From Opitutia bacterium (GTDB lineage Bacteria > Verrucomicrobiota > Verrucomicrobiia > Opitutales > T3Sed10-336), in NCBI GenBank assembly GCA_050506795.1, contig JBJHCF010000043.1:1-43917 (forward strand): a stretch of DNA of 43,917 bases, written 5' to 3'. A model generated the notes under the pieces. That model ran no database searches. It was given only the letters and a program-made list of their open reading frames with translations, and was not told the DNA's origin. This document shows positions 11,001 to 19,397 of this stretch, piece by piece (the first letter of the stretch is position 1; each line of letters starts with the position of its first letter). A program made the translations under genes and the position numbers.

Positions 11001-11797
11001 TATTGAGCGCCCTGTCGCACGATGGCCGGACTCATTATTACACCAATCCGCTCTCGCATAACGGGCACAGGAGATGGGAGTGGCCGGGTCACGACACGGC
11101 CTGTTGTCCCCCCAGCCTGGCGCGGGCGTTGGCGACGATTGGAGGGTATTTTTATACCTATCGGGACAATCAGGTGCAGGTGAATTGGTACGCACCCAGC
11201 GAGGCGACCATTCCCCTTGCCGGAGATTCCGTCACACTGATTCAGGAGACCGCGTATCCATGGGACGGGGACATAAAGATCAGTGTGGATCCGGAGCGGG
11301 CGGCAACGTTCGCTCTGCGCCTGCGCGTTCCGGGATGGGCCGAGAATCGGTCGATCCCCGGCAACCTTTATCGTTACCTGGATGAATCGACAGAACCGGT
11401 AACCGTTTCCGTCAATGGCACGCCGGTCGACGTTGAAATCGAAAAGGGGTATATCAACCTCGAGCGTCGCTGGGAATCCGGCGACACCATTGAACTCGCT
11501 TTGCCCATGCCGGTCCGGCGGGTGGTTTCCCACCCGAACGTTTCGGCCAACGAGGGCCTGGTTGCCGTCGAACGCGGACCGATCGTTTATTCGGTGGAGA
11601 GCGCGGATCATGATTTCCCCGTCGCCGACCTGAAGCTTGCCGACACCGCGCGGTTGACCGCGACCTATGACGAGAGCTTCTTCAACGGAGCGGTCACCAT
11701 TTCGAGCAGCACCGATCCGGAACTGAAGCTGATCCCGAACTACCTCCACACCAACCGCACCCCCGGATGGATGCGGGTGTGGGTGCCGAGAGAGTGA
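8024..11797 (+). CDS. Secreted multidomain GH127 glycoside hydrolase (beta-L-arabinofuranosidase-like) with N-terminal FN3-like and lectin-like modules
   Basis: AAAGGA RBS; signal peptide; two TYYWRVD modules; FNDSDVYK, HELYCAGHLIE, GHSVRAGY, YAETC, TACCPP, YPWDG, RVPGW, RGPIVY. Confidence 0.9.
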   Translation: MCGRNSLRRLSCLLSVTALLLPATTFGSDAAASNPIPADGATIDGTGVTLAWTAGRGVREEDGHIVFVGTSPAEVEVAFVRNHPNVEVHRVSSPMLELSNLAADTTYYWRVDQVDAANPEDSATGDVWSFTTGRGDGVTAFADDFAAEHDYLADGVAGTGWDGFIGRGQGETADRIDAAGGVLTLASANGRYEARGGPLGPLLYRTVTGDFKVTVRIADYQFTSFNNGGIMARAAGSGQGGRGESWISIDYFPLYSGIYARMADGAQRHEVCANEQGRESDTYLQMERAGNLFFLRHSPDGVTWTELSCSPIRRPDLAAEPLQVGLFQCTYSGNRGQISFADLEMDIGGEIRTARPQSPEDGAEGVPLMASLVWIPGSGSEHQDLYFGTSREAVAEAYNGMTVGTGVYLARLSGETIRHRLPELEDGVTYYWRVDAVTGDEVHRGAIHSFTTHNRMLENFAGYGSVDELSAAWRMEGGAKAGLQAAGGREGGPALRFEFDNTAAPRFARFRHTFSGVQDWMDSAHSFRWLTVHFKGDPGNRPDVLSLEFEEGDWGTNRTVVSYAGDPADLRRAEWTRWDIDLQELVANNPTFRPQAIKSMSIVVGNPEHQAAGGSGVLLVDEISLNTQRFYNGFELDPRAPRFIRPERFVTPLPFTEVTITGGLWRDRMDVNREVSIPHIWEKSEHVRTAAGNDSMRIENFRRAAGVSEGGFTGTYFNDSDVYKTIEANAYSLRMHPDPELEAYTDQVIEWIAGAQWEDGYLFTYYSLPRRPHLRWSNIGAMHELYCAGHLIEGAIAYYETTGKRELLDVAIRFADLIDDTFGPGKRTSPPGHQQIELALMKLFHLTGEQKYMDLSKFFVDQRGRHEGRSSYGTYSQDHVPFVEQEKGVGHSVRAGYLFIGATDIAMVNHDESYANALFRLWDNITNTKTYLTGGIGQPGGPEGFSGDYQLGNNCYAETCSGLAFARWNHRLHLMTGEAWYLDIVERTLYNNVLSALSHDGRTHYYTNPLSHNGHRRWEWPGHDTACCPPSLARALATIGGYFYTYRDNQVQVNWYAPSEATIPLAGDSVTLIQETAYPWDGDIKISVDPERAATFALRLRVPGWAENRSIPGNLYRYLDESTEPVTVSVNGTPVDVEIEKGYINLERRWESGDTIELALPMPVRRVVSHPNVSANEGLVAVERGPIVYSVESADHDFPVADLKLADTARLTATYDESFFNGAVTISSSTDPELKLIPNYLHTNRTPGWMRVWVPRE

Positions 11798-11803
11798 GGC
11801 GGG

Positions 11804-14800
11804 ATGGGGGCTCCATCGTATGCCTTGATGAGGAATTGGATCTTAAAAAGGAATGTCATGACTGTATTGGCCTATTGCACGAAATCCGCGGGTCGGTGGT
11901 CTCGAATGATGAGCGTCTGTGGAGGCGGGCTCCTCATGCTGCTCGGGCTTGTTGCGGCCGGCGGCCTGTTCGGATCCGAGAACCGCTACGACGCTCCCAA
12001 TATGGGCAACCCGATACTGCCGGGGTATTTTGCGGATCCCACGGTACGCAAATTCGGCGACACGTTTTACATCTACAGCACCACCGACGGGACCGGGGGC
12101 GGAGTGGGCCGATACCTGGTTTGGAGCTCGACCGATTTTGTCAACTGGACCAGCCATCCCTTGAATTGGCCCGATACCTATCACAAGTGGGCGCCGGAAG
12201 TCGTCCGCGGCGACGACGGGCGATTCTACATGCTGTCGTCCGTCCCGGTCCATATTTACGGCGCCGTATCGGAAACTCCGTACGGCCCGTGGGAGAATAT
12301 GCTGCCCGACGGCAGGCCGCTGATTCCGGCGCAATACGTGCCGCCGGTGATCACCCTGGATGGGCAATTCTTCCGTGACGACGACGGCCGATGGTACAGC
12401 ATGTTCTGCACCTGGGCGATTTATCCCGGTCACGGGGTGGGCATGGTGGAGCACGATTCGGCCATGTTCCCGATTGATTCGGAACGGTTCATGATTCCGA
12501 ACACTCAGTTGATCGACGTGTTTGAAGCGCCGTTTATGGTGAAGAAGGACGGCCTGTACTGCCTCATGTATTCGGCGGGGTCGTGCCATGACCACACCTA
12601 CCAGGTACGCTACGGCGTGGCGGAGGACATCCGCGGCCCCTACACCTATCCCGATAACAATCCGATCCTGCAGACGACTCCCGACCGGACGATCCACGGC
12701 CCCGGGCATCACTCGGTGCTCGAACTGGATGGGAAGTACTACATCGTTTACCACCGCCACAACAATCCGTTCAGCACTTTCGGAATGCACCGTCAGGTGG
12801 CCGCCGACGTCATGGAGTTCGGAGCGCGGGGAATTATAGAGAACGTGCGGCCCACCCACACGGGAATCGGATACCTCGGTCCCGACAGTAACCCATTCGA
12901 GAACCTCGCCTTCGGGCAAAGGGTGGCGGCATCGTCTTACTACAGCGACGATTTCCGGCCCGAGTTCGCCGTCGACGACAACAACGGCACCCTGTGGCGC
13001 GCCGCGGTAAACACGCCGGGGAGCCATTCGCTCACGGTCGACCTCGGTGAGGTCCGGCGGTTTCGCCGGGTGCACACGCAATTTGAATACGTCCACTGGT
13101 ACTATCAGTATCTCTTGGAGCACTCCCTTGATGGGGTGGACTGGGAAGTGTTTTCCGACAAGCGCGACAATCGCATCGCCGGCAGCCCAATGGTCGATTT
13201 CGGCGATGCGGAGGCCCGTTACGTGCGTTTGACGGTGACCAACTGGGAATACCCGGGGTTGGGTGCGGCGGTGTGGAACCTCAAGGTGTTCAAAGGCGCG
13301 GAACAGGATCCGCCGCAGCTGTTGGTGCATCTGGAGGCGGGCGACCTGGACGAGGGGACAATTTCCGCCTGGTCGAACAACATGGGGATGCTGGGTGGGT
13401 TGCTTGAGGGCGCTGCCACCGTGGCCCGGATCGATGGAGTACGGGCGGTGATCCCGGACGACGAGGTGATGACGAGCAGCTTCGATGTCCCCGAAACCCT
13501 CACCGCAGATCGTCCCTTCACTTGGATCAAAAAGGTATACCGCGATGGCGAGTGGAGATTTGTCGGGCAAACCTCGGAAAGCGGCCACCGCGATTTCGAG
13601 CCGGGCCGGCCGTTGCGCCTGCGGGCCGGAGAACCGGTTGCGTCGCTGCGCCTCTTCAACCGCGTGCTGGCACCGGCCGAAATCGAGTACTATCAGGCTC
13701 TCGATTACCAACCACCCTCAGATCCGGCGCCGGAATCGCAGGGATTGCTGGTGCACCTGGAGCCCGGAGACCTCACCTTCGGCAGCGAGGCTCGGAATTG
13801 GCTGAATCGCGGAACCCTGGGCGGCGAGTTCGTTGCCGGGGAAACCCCACCGGTCGTCACCATGCAGAACGGACGGCAAGCGCTCGCCTTCAACGGGCGC
13901 GAAACGATGCGTTCGAGTTTTATCCCGCCGGCAAGCCTGGCCGGGAACAGCAGCTTTACGGTGGCGGTTTGGGCGCTTAATCCCGAGATCGACGGCCTGG
14001 AATGCCTGGTGAGCTGGGCGCCGCGTGGCGGGATCGATGGAAGAAGCGCCCAATTGAATTATGGCAGCCAGCCTGAGAGTGGCGCCCTGCTGCACCAGGG
14101 ATGGCCCGATATGGGATACCGCCCGGTGCCGCCGGCCGGGGAGTGGCACCATATCGCGGTGACGTTCGACGGCTACCGGCAGAGAATTTTCGTCAATGGA
14201 GAGCTCAACAACCAGGAGCAGAAGATGCTTTTCCTCAACGGTGGCGCTCCGGTCTTCCTCGGCACCGCCAATGGTCAGACCGAACCGTATTCCGGATTGC
14301 TCGGCTCGGTGCGGATCTACGATCGCGCCCTTGACGAAGAGGAAATCATCGCACTCGCGGAGGAGCCCGTCGAATCGGATCTGGCAATCAACCTCGATGC
14401 CGCCGGCCTGCAGCAATATGGTCCCCTCGAACGTTGGGAAAACAACGGGCTGCTGGGCGGATCGCTCTCGTTTCGAGTGGGGACCGCCGCGGTTGAGGAT
14501 GTCGCGGGGAGAATTGCTGTGGTTTTCCCTGGCCGCCTGGCGGACGCCATCGTCTCCGCACCGGATGAGATCCCTTTCGAGAGGATCGATATCGCGGGTT
14601 ACTCCAGGGAAGCGCTATTGAGTCCCAACCGGGACGAATGGTTCCATGTCGTCCTGGTTAGCGGCAACGGCCAATCGATCCACTATATTGATGGCGAAGA
14701 ACACCACAGCGAGCCGTCATGGCTGGCGGATTTGAATGCCGGAGCCTACTCGGGAGCCGTCGCTTTGTTCCGGGTCCACAACAAAGTCCTCGACCCCGGC

Positions 14801-15808
14801 GAAGTGAACGAGCTGTACCGGCTCTGGGTGGAGAACCGCGAGCCTCCGGCCTTCACCGCCGACACGTTTGAGGCCGGTCCGGAGCCCCTCAGTACGGTGG
14901 CGGTCGGCATGACCGCACCTCCGGTGCGTGATACCCGCGGCGCCCTTTATTACTTTGAGGAAGTAACCGGTCAATCCGGGGGACGGACAAGCGGATGGAC
15001 CCGGGAGCGATTCTTCATGAACCACGGCCTGCAACCGGACACTGAATACGCCTACCAGGTCAAGGCACGCGACGTGTATGGAAACGTATCCGCCCCGTTG
15101 CCCCTGGCGACGGTCGTAACCGATTCGGGAGCCTTCGACGAGTTTGTCGACCCCTTCGACACCACACGCGACTTCCGCCAGAATGGCGTGAGCGATACGA
15201 TCTGGCACGGACTGATCGAACCGGCGGACCCGGATGCCGCGGTGGTGGCGGCCGGGAACGGTGTGTTGCGGCTCGAATCCGAGCGAACCTGGTGGGACAA
15301 CAGCGTGGCGTCACGGCAGGACCCAAATCAGCCCGGACCGTTTTTGTACAGACGGGTCGAGGGTGATTTTACCGCCGAAGTCAGGATCGCCGACTTCCAG
15401 GGGCTGGCGGATCGCAGCGGCACGATGAACAACGACGGCGGCATTATGGTGCGTCTGCCGGAGGCGAGCGAGCGTGGACCGGGTGAAAAGCTGGTCCAGC
15501 TGTCATTCTTTCCGCACTACAATGTCGGCAATATGTGGACCAGCCTCGACGGCAACACCAGGCCGCAGTCGACGAATCAGCTAGGATGGAACGCTCCCCG
15601 CTGGCTTCAGGTTCAGCGGGAGGGAGACCTGTTCCATTTCAGGATCAGCCCTGACGGGTTGATCTGGGAAGCCATGCCGGGCTCTCCCCAGCGCCGGCAG
15701 GACCTGGCGGGCCAAACCGTTCAGGTGGGACTGTATCAGTCCATGTACGGTAATGCCCGCTCATGGGTCGAGTTCGACAACTTTCGCCTGTCCGTTCGAC
15801 GCCCGTGA
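11804..15808 (+). CDS. Secreted GH43 glycoside hydrolase with F5/8 type C, LamG and lectin-like domains
   Basis: NPILPGYFADP, WAPEV, EAPF, HGPGHHS, HRQVAAD; AVDDNNGTLW/VDLG discoidin; WHHIAVTFDG LamG. True start is probably a downstream ATG. Confidence 0.9.
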   Translation: MGAPSYALMRNWILKRNVMTVLAYCTKSAGRWSRMMSVCGGGLLMLLGLVAAGGLFGSENRYDAPNMGNPILPGYFADPTVRKFGDTFYIYSTTDGTGGGVGRYLVWSSTDFVNWTSHPLNWPDTYHKWAPEVVRGDDGRFYMLSSVPVHIYGAVSETPYGPWENMLPDGRPLIPAQYVPPVITLDGQFFRDDDGRWYSMFCTWAIYPGHGVGMVEHDSAMFPIDSERFMIPNTQLIDVFEAPFMVKKDGLYCLMYSAGSCHDHTYQVRYGVAEDIRGPYTYPDNNPILQTTPDRTIHGPGHHSVLELDGKYYIVYHRHNNPFSTFGMHRQVAADVMEFGARGIIENVRPTHTGIGYLGPDSNPFENLAFGQRVAASSYYSDDFRPEFAVDDNNGTLWRAAVNTPGSHSLTVDLGEVRRFRRVHTQFEYVHWYYQYLLEHSLDGVDWEVFSDKRDNRIAGSPMVDFGDAEARYVRLTVTNWEYPGLGAAVWNLKVFKGAEQDPPQLLVHLEAGDLDEGTISAWSNNMGMLGGLLEGAATVARIDGVRAVIPDDEVMTSSFDVPETLTADRPFTWIKKVYRDGEWRFVGQTSESGHRDFEPGRPLRLRAGEPVASLRLFNRVLAPAEIEYYQALDYQPPSDPAPESQGLLVHLEPGDLTFGSEARNWLNRGTLGGEFVAGETPPVVTMQNGRQALAFNGRETMRSSFIPPASLAGNSSFTVAVWALNPEIDGLECLVSWAPRGGIDGRSAQLNYGSQPESGALLHQGWPDMGYRPVPPAGEWHHIAVTFDGYRQRIFVNGELNNQEQKMLFLNGGAPVFLGTANGQTEPYSGLLGSVRIYDRALDEEEIIALAEEPVESDLAINLDAAGLQQYGPLERWENNGLLGGSLSFRVGTAAVEDVAGRIAVVFPGRLADAIVSAPDEIPFERIDIAGYSREALLSPNRDEWFHVVLVSGNGQSIHYIDGEEHHSEPSWLADLNAGAYSGAVALFRVHNKVLDPGEVNELYRLWVENREPPAFTADTFEAGPEPLSTVAVGMTAPPVRDTRGALYYFEEVTGQSGGRTSGWTRERFFMNHGLQPDTEYAYQVKARDVYGNVSAPLPLATVVTDSGAFDEFVDPFDTTRDFRQNGVSDTIWHGLIEPADPDAAVVAAGNGVLRLESERTWWDNSVASRQDPNQPGPFLYRRVEGDFTAEVRIADFQGLADRSGTMNNDGGIMVRLPEASERGPGEKLVQLSFFPHYNVGNMWTSLDGNTRPQSTNQLGWNAPRWLQVQREGDLFHFRISPDGLIWEAMPGSPQRRQDLAGQTVQVGLYQSMYGNARSWVEFDNFRLSVRRP

Positions 15809-16051
15809 GTCGTCAACGTCGGCGCCAGGAGCCGTCCGCCGGCGCGGACCGATCGCTCAACGGGTTAATGCCGGCGGGATGCCGCGGGAGGAGGTTTTGA
15901 CATCCCGCTTGATTTCCGGCATTGCGTAGGGGTTCGCGGTGATTGTGTTTTCTGCGGGTGCCTGGTAACTGCCGCGGGCATCCGGGGCGCGCGGTACGGG
16001 CGCGGACGACGACTGCTTTTAACAATCGATTCATCATCAGGGTCCTCGAAT

Positions 16052-19000
16052 ATGAATAGTGCACGTATGCGGATGGGACGGCTGTGGCCGCTCCTGGGTT
16101 TTATTGTCATCTTCCTGGCCCCTTCGCCGGCGCCGGGGGCCGATGCCATCGGGGCCGACCAACATCGCCTCAAGGTCCTGTTCCTTGGAGACCGGGGAAT
16201 TCACCAGCCGGTGGAACGGTTGCGCGATGTCGCTCCCGCCATGCTCGATCGCGGGATCGAGCTGGTTTACACGGAGGATCCGGACGATATGAACCTGGAG
16301 ACCCTTCGCCGCTACGATGCCTTTCTCGTCTATGCCAATCACTCGCGTATTACCCCTGATCAGGAGCGGGCGCTGCTGGAGTACGTGGAAACCGGCGGCG
16401 GTTTTTTGCCGATTCACTCAGCCACCAACAACTTCACGAATTCCGAGGCCGTCATCCGGATGATGGGCGGCCGATTTCACTGGCATGGCGACGGGATCAT
16501 GACCACCGAAATCGCCGAACCGGACCACCCGTTGATGCAGGGATTCGAGCCGTTCGAAACCTGGGATGAAACGCGGGTGCACCGCGACCACAATGAGGAG
16601 GGGCGGACGGTGTTGAGTTACCACCGCCGCGAGGACGGCGAATTGGAGCCCTGGACGTGGGTGCGGGAACAGGGAGAGGGACGTGTATTCTACACTTCGT
16701 GGGGCCACGATCATCGCACCTGGCGACATCCCGGATTCCACGATCTCCTGGAGCGCGGCATTCGTTGGGCCGCGGGGCAGGATGTTCCACAAGTGCTCGC
16801 CGAACGCCCGCTCCACAGTCCTTTGCGCTATCGCAGTGTCGAAACCTATCCGCCGCCCCCTCCGCGTTTGATCCAGACCGGAGGACAGGCCCCATTTCTG
16901 GAGGAACCTGTCGCGGAGGAATCCTGGGACCTGCAGGCCGAGCCGCTGTCTCCCGAGGAATCGGTGAGCCGGATGATCACTCCGGCGGGATTCCGGGTGG
17001 AGCTTTTCGCCTCCGAGCCCGACGTGGTGAACCCGATCGTTCTGGCGTGGGACGAACAAGGCCGGCTCTGGGTGGCGGAAACGGTGGACTACCCGCACCA
17101 GGTGCGCGGGGGTCAGCCCGGCCGGGACCGGATCAAGATCCTGGAAGACACCACCGGGGACGGCCGGGCCGACAGGATCACGGTGTTTGCCGACGACCTG
17201 AATATTCCAACCGGCATCGCGTTTCATCGCGGCGGGGTGATTGTCAAGCAGGCGCCCTACACCCTGTTTATGAAGGACACCACCGGCGACGGTAAAGCCG
17301 ACCATCGGGAAATCCTGATTGAAGGCTGGTCACAGTGGGACACCCACGGCGGTCCAAACAACATTCGGTACGGGTTGGACAACCACATCTGGGGCGCCGT
17401 CGGCATGGCCGGTTACGAGGGAACCGTCGGCGGCCGGGAGTTTTCTTACACTGCCAATGACATCTTCCGCATGAAACCGGACGGCTCGATGCTGGAGTTT
17501 GTGCGTTCGCTTTCCAATAATGCCTGGGGTATCGGCTTCAGCGAGGAGGGGATTGTTTTCGGCGCCACCGCGAACGCGCAACCGAGCACGTATATGCCCT
17601 TTGCTCAGCGCTATTATGACAAAGTCGACGAGTTGCGGCCGTCGATGACCGAAGGCATTTCCTCCATCGGACCTCGATTCCTGGCCATCACCAACATGCT
17701 GAGGCAGAACAACGTCTATGGCGGCTTCACCGCTGCCGGGGGGCACGCCCTCTATACCGCCCGCGCCTACCCGCCGGCCTTCTGGAATCGCAAGGCGTTG
17801 ATCACCGATATCACCGGCCACCTCACCGGTTCCTTTGTGCTGGAACCGAAGGGATCCAGTTTCGACGCCTTCAACAAGATGAATCTCATCGCCGGTGATG
17901 ATGCCTGGTTCTCGCCCGTCGCGGCCGAGGTGGGACCCGACGGCGCTGTCTGGATCGCGGACCTCTACGAGTACGTTTCCCAGCACCTGGTGCCGGGGCG
18001 TCCGGCGCAAGAGCACGGTCCGGGCAACGCCTACGTGACCGACCTGCGGGACAAGGAACACGGGCGAATCTACCGGGTCGTATGGGAGGATGCGGAGCCT
18101 TTCGAACCGCTGAACCTCGCCGGCGCCGGACCGGAGATCCTGGTCGAAACCTTGCGCCACGACAATCAGCTCTGGCGCATGCACGCCCAGCGTTTGCTGG
18201 TGGAACGGGGCGAGGACGATGTGGTCGAGGACCTGATTGCATTGATCGAAGACCACACCCTGGATGCGATCGGACTCAATGTCGGGGCCATTCACGCCCT
18301 GTGGACTCTCCACGGGCTGGGGCAACTTGATCCGGGACAAAACGCTCGGGCTTCGAGCGCGGCCTACCGTGCATTGGAGCACCCTTCGGCCGGAGTTCGC
18401 CGCAATGCGGTACAGGTGCTTCCGCCGACGGCCGAGTCGGTCGAACGGATTCTGTCCGCCGAACTGTTGGCCGACGAAAGCGCGCAGGTACGCCTGGCGA
18501 CGCTGGTCTCTCTTTCCGATCTTCCTCCTTCGAATCCGGCCGGAGCGGAAATATTCAGGACGCTTAGCGTCGAGGGAAACGTCACCGACCGATGGATACG
18601 CGAGGCCGGCACAATCGCCGCCGCGGTGCATCGTGAGGGATTTCTCGCCGCGGCGAGAGGGTTGGCGCCGGAAAATGGAGCCACTGAGCCGGTCGCACGC
18701 CTGGCGCGAGTGACCGAGATGGTGCGAACGACCGATTACCGGCCGGAGGCCGCGCTCGAAGTGGACGAGGTCGATGGTGTGTTGGTCGTGCGCATCGGCG
18801 TGGTCAATGGCACGATGGAGTTCGATGTCACGGAATTCCAGGTCGGCAGCGGCCAGCAGGTGCGTGTCCATTTTATGAATACCGACCACATGGAGCACAA
18901 TCTTCTCATCGTGCGCCCGGGAACCCTCGAGTCGGTCGGCGCCGCCGCCGACCGGATGAGCATCACCCCGGAGGGGCTGGCGCGTGAATATGTCCCGGAC

Positions 19001-19153
19001 ACCGACGACGTGTTGCACGCCACCCGGATGCTGGCCCCGGGCGAGGAGCAGGTGCTGGAATTCATCGCCCCGGAAGAACCCGGCGACTACCCCTACGTTT
19101 GCACCTTCCCCGGGCACTGGCGGGTTATGAACGGCATTATGAAGGTGGAGTAG
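16052..19153 (+). CDS. ThuA-like + PVC-type beta-propeller (putative dehydrogenase) + HEAT repeats + azurin/auracyanin-type cupredoxin fusion
   Basis: GGGFLPIHSA, GRVFYTSWGHD (ThuA); GFRVELFASEP, WDEQGRLWVAE, DTTGDGRAD, VGPDGAVWIAD; WRMHAQRLL, IHALWTLHGL; HNLLI...CTFPGHWRVM type-1 Cu site. Confidence 0.88.
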   Translation: MNSARMRMGRLWPLLGFIVIFLAPSPAPGADAIGADQHRLKVLFLGDRGIHQPVERLRDVAPAMLDRGIELVYTEDPDDMNLETLRRYDAFLVYANHSRITPDQERALLEYVETGGGFLPIHSATNNFTNSEAVIRMMGGRFHWHGDGIMTTEIAEPDHPLMQGFEPFETWDETRVHRDHNEEGRTVLSYHRREDGELEPWTWVREQGEGRVFYTSWGHDHRTWRHPGFHDLLERGIRWAAGQDVPQVLAERPLHSPLRYRSVETYPPPPPRLIQTGGQAPFLEEPVAEESWDLQAEPLSPEESVSRMITPAGFRVELFASEPDVVNPIVLAWDEQGRLWVAETVDYPHQVRGGQPGRDRIKILEDTTGDGRADRITVFADDLNIPTGIAFHRGGVIVKQAPYTLFMKDTTGDGKADHREILIEGWSQWDTHGGPNNIRYGLDNHIWGAVGMAGYEGTVGGREFSYTANDIFRMKPDGSMLEFVRSLSNNAWGIGFSEEGIVFGATANAQPSTYMPFAQRYYDKVDELRPSMTEGISSIGPRFLAITNMLRQNNVYGGFTAAGGHALYTARAYPPAFWNRKALITDITGHLTGSFVLEPKGSSFDAFNKMNLIAGDDAWFSPVAAEVGPDGAVWIADLYEYVSQHLVPGRPAQEHGPGNAYVTDLRDKEHGRIYRVVWEDAEPFEPLNLAGAGPEILVETLRHDNQLWRMHAQRLLVERGEDDVVEDLIALIEDHTLDAIGLNVGAIHALWTLHGLGQLDPGQNARASSAAYRALEHPSAGVRRNAVQVLPPTAESVERILSAELLADESAQVRLATLVSLSDLPPSNPAGAEIFRTLSVEGNVTDRWIREAGTIAAAVHREGFLAAARGLAPENGATEPVARLARVTEMVRTTDYRPEAALEVDEVDGVLVVRIGVVNGTMEFDVTEFQVGSGQQVRVHFMNTDHMEHNLLIVRPGTLESVGAAADRMSITPEGLAREYVPDTDDVLHATRMLAPGEEQVLEFIAPEEPGDYPYVCTFPGHWRVMNGIMKVE

Positions 19154-19397
19154 CTGGACGGGTCCGTTGGGTTGGGGTGTTTTATCGTTCGGTTGGAAAA
19201 GCAAATAATGGATTCCGATATGAGGGGCGGTGATGGAAGCGATTACAAAAGATGAAATGATCCCGGCACCGGCCTTATTAGGGGCTTTGCGCTTGTTATC
19301 GTTCGGACCTTAGGGGACCTTATCAGGTATCCTGACTTTGCCGTGGTCTCGCGCCGTGAAGTCGGAAACGTCACCGAACACCAGGAGAACAAGATTC

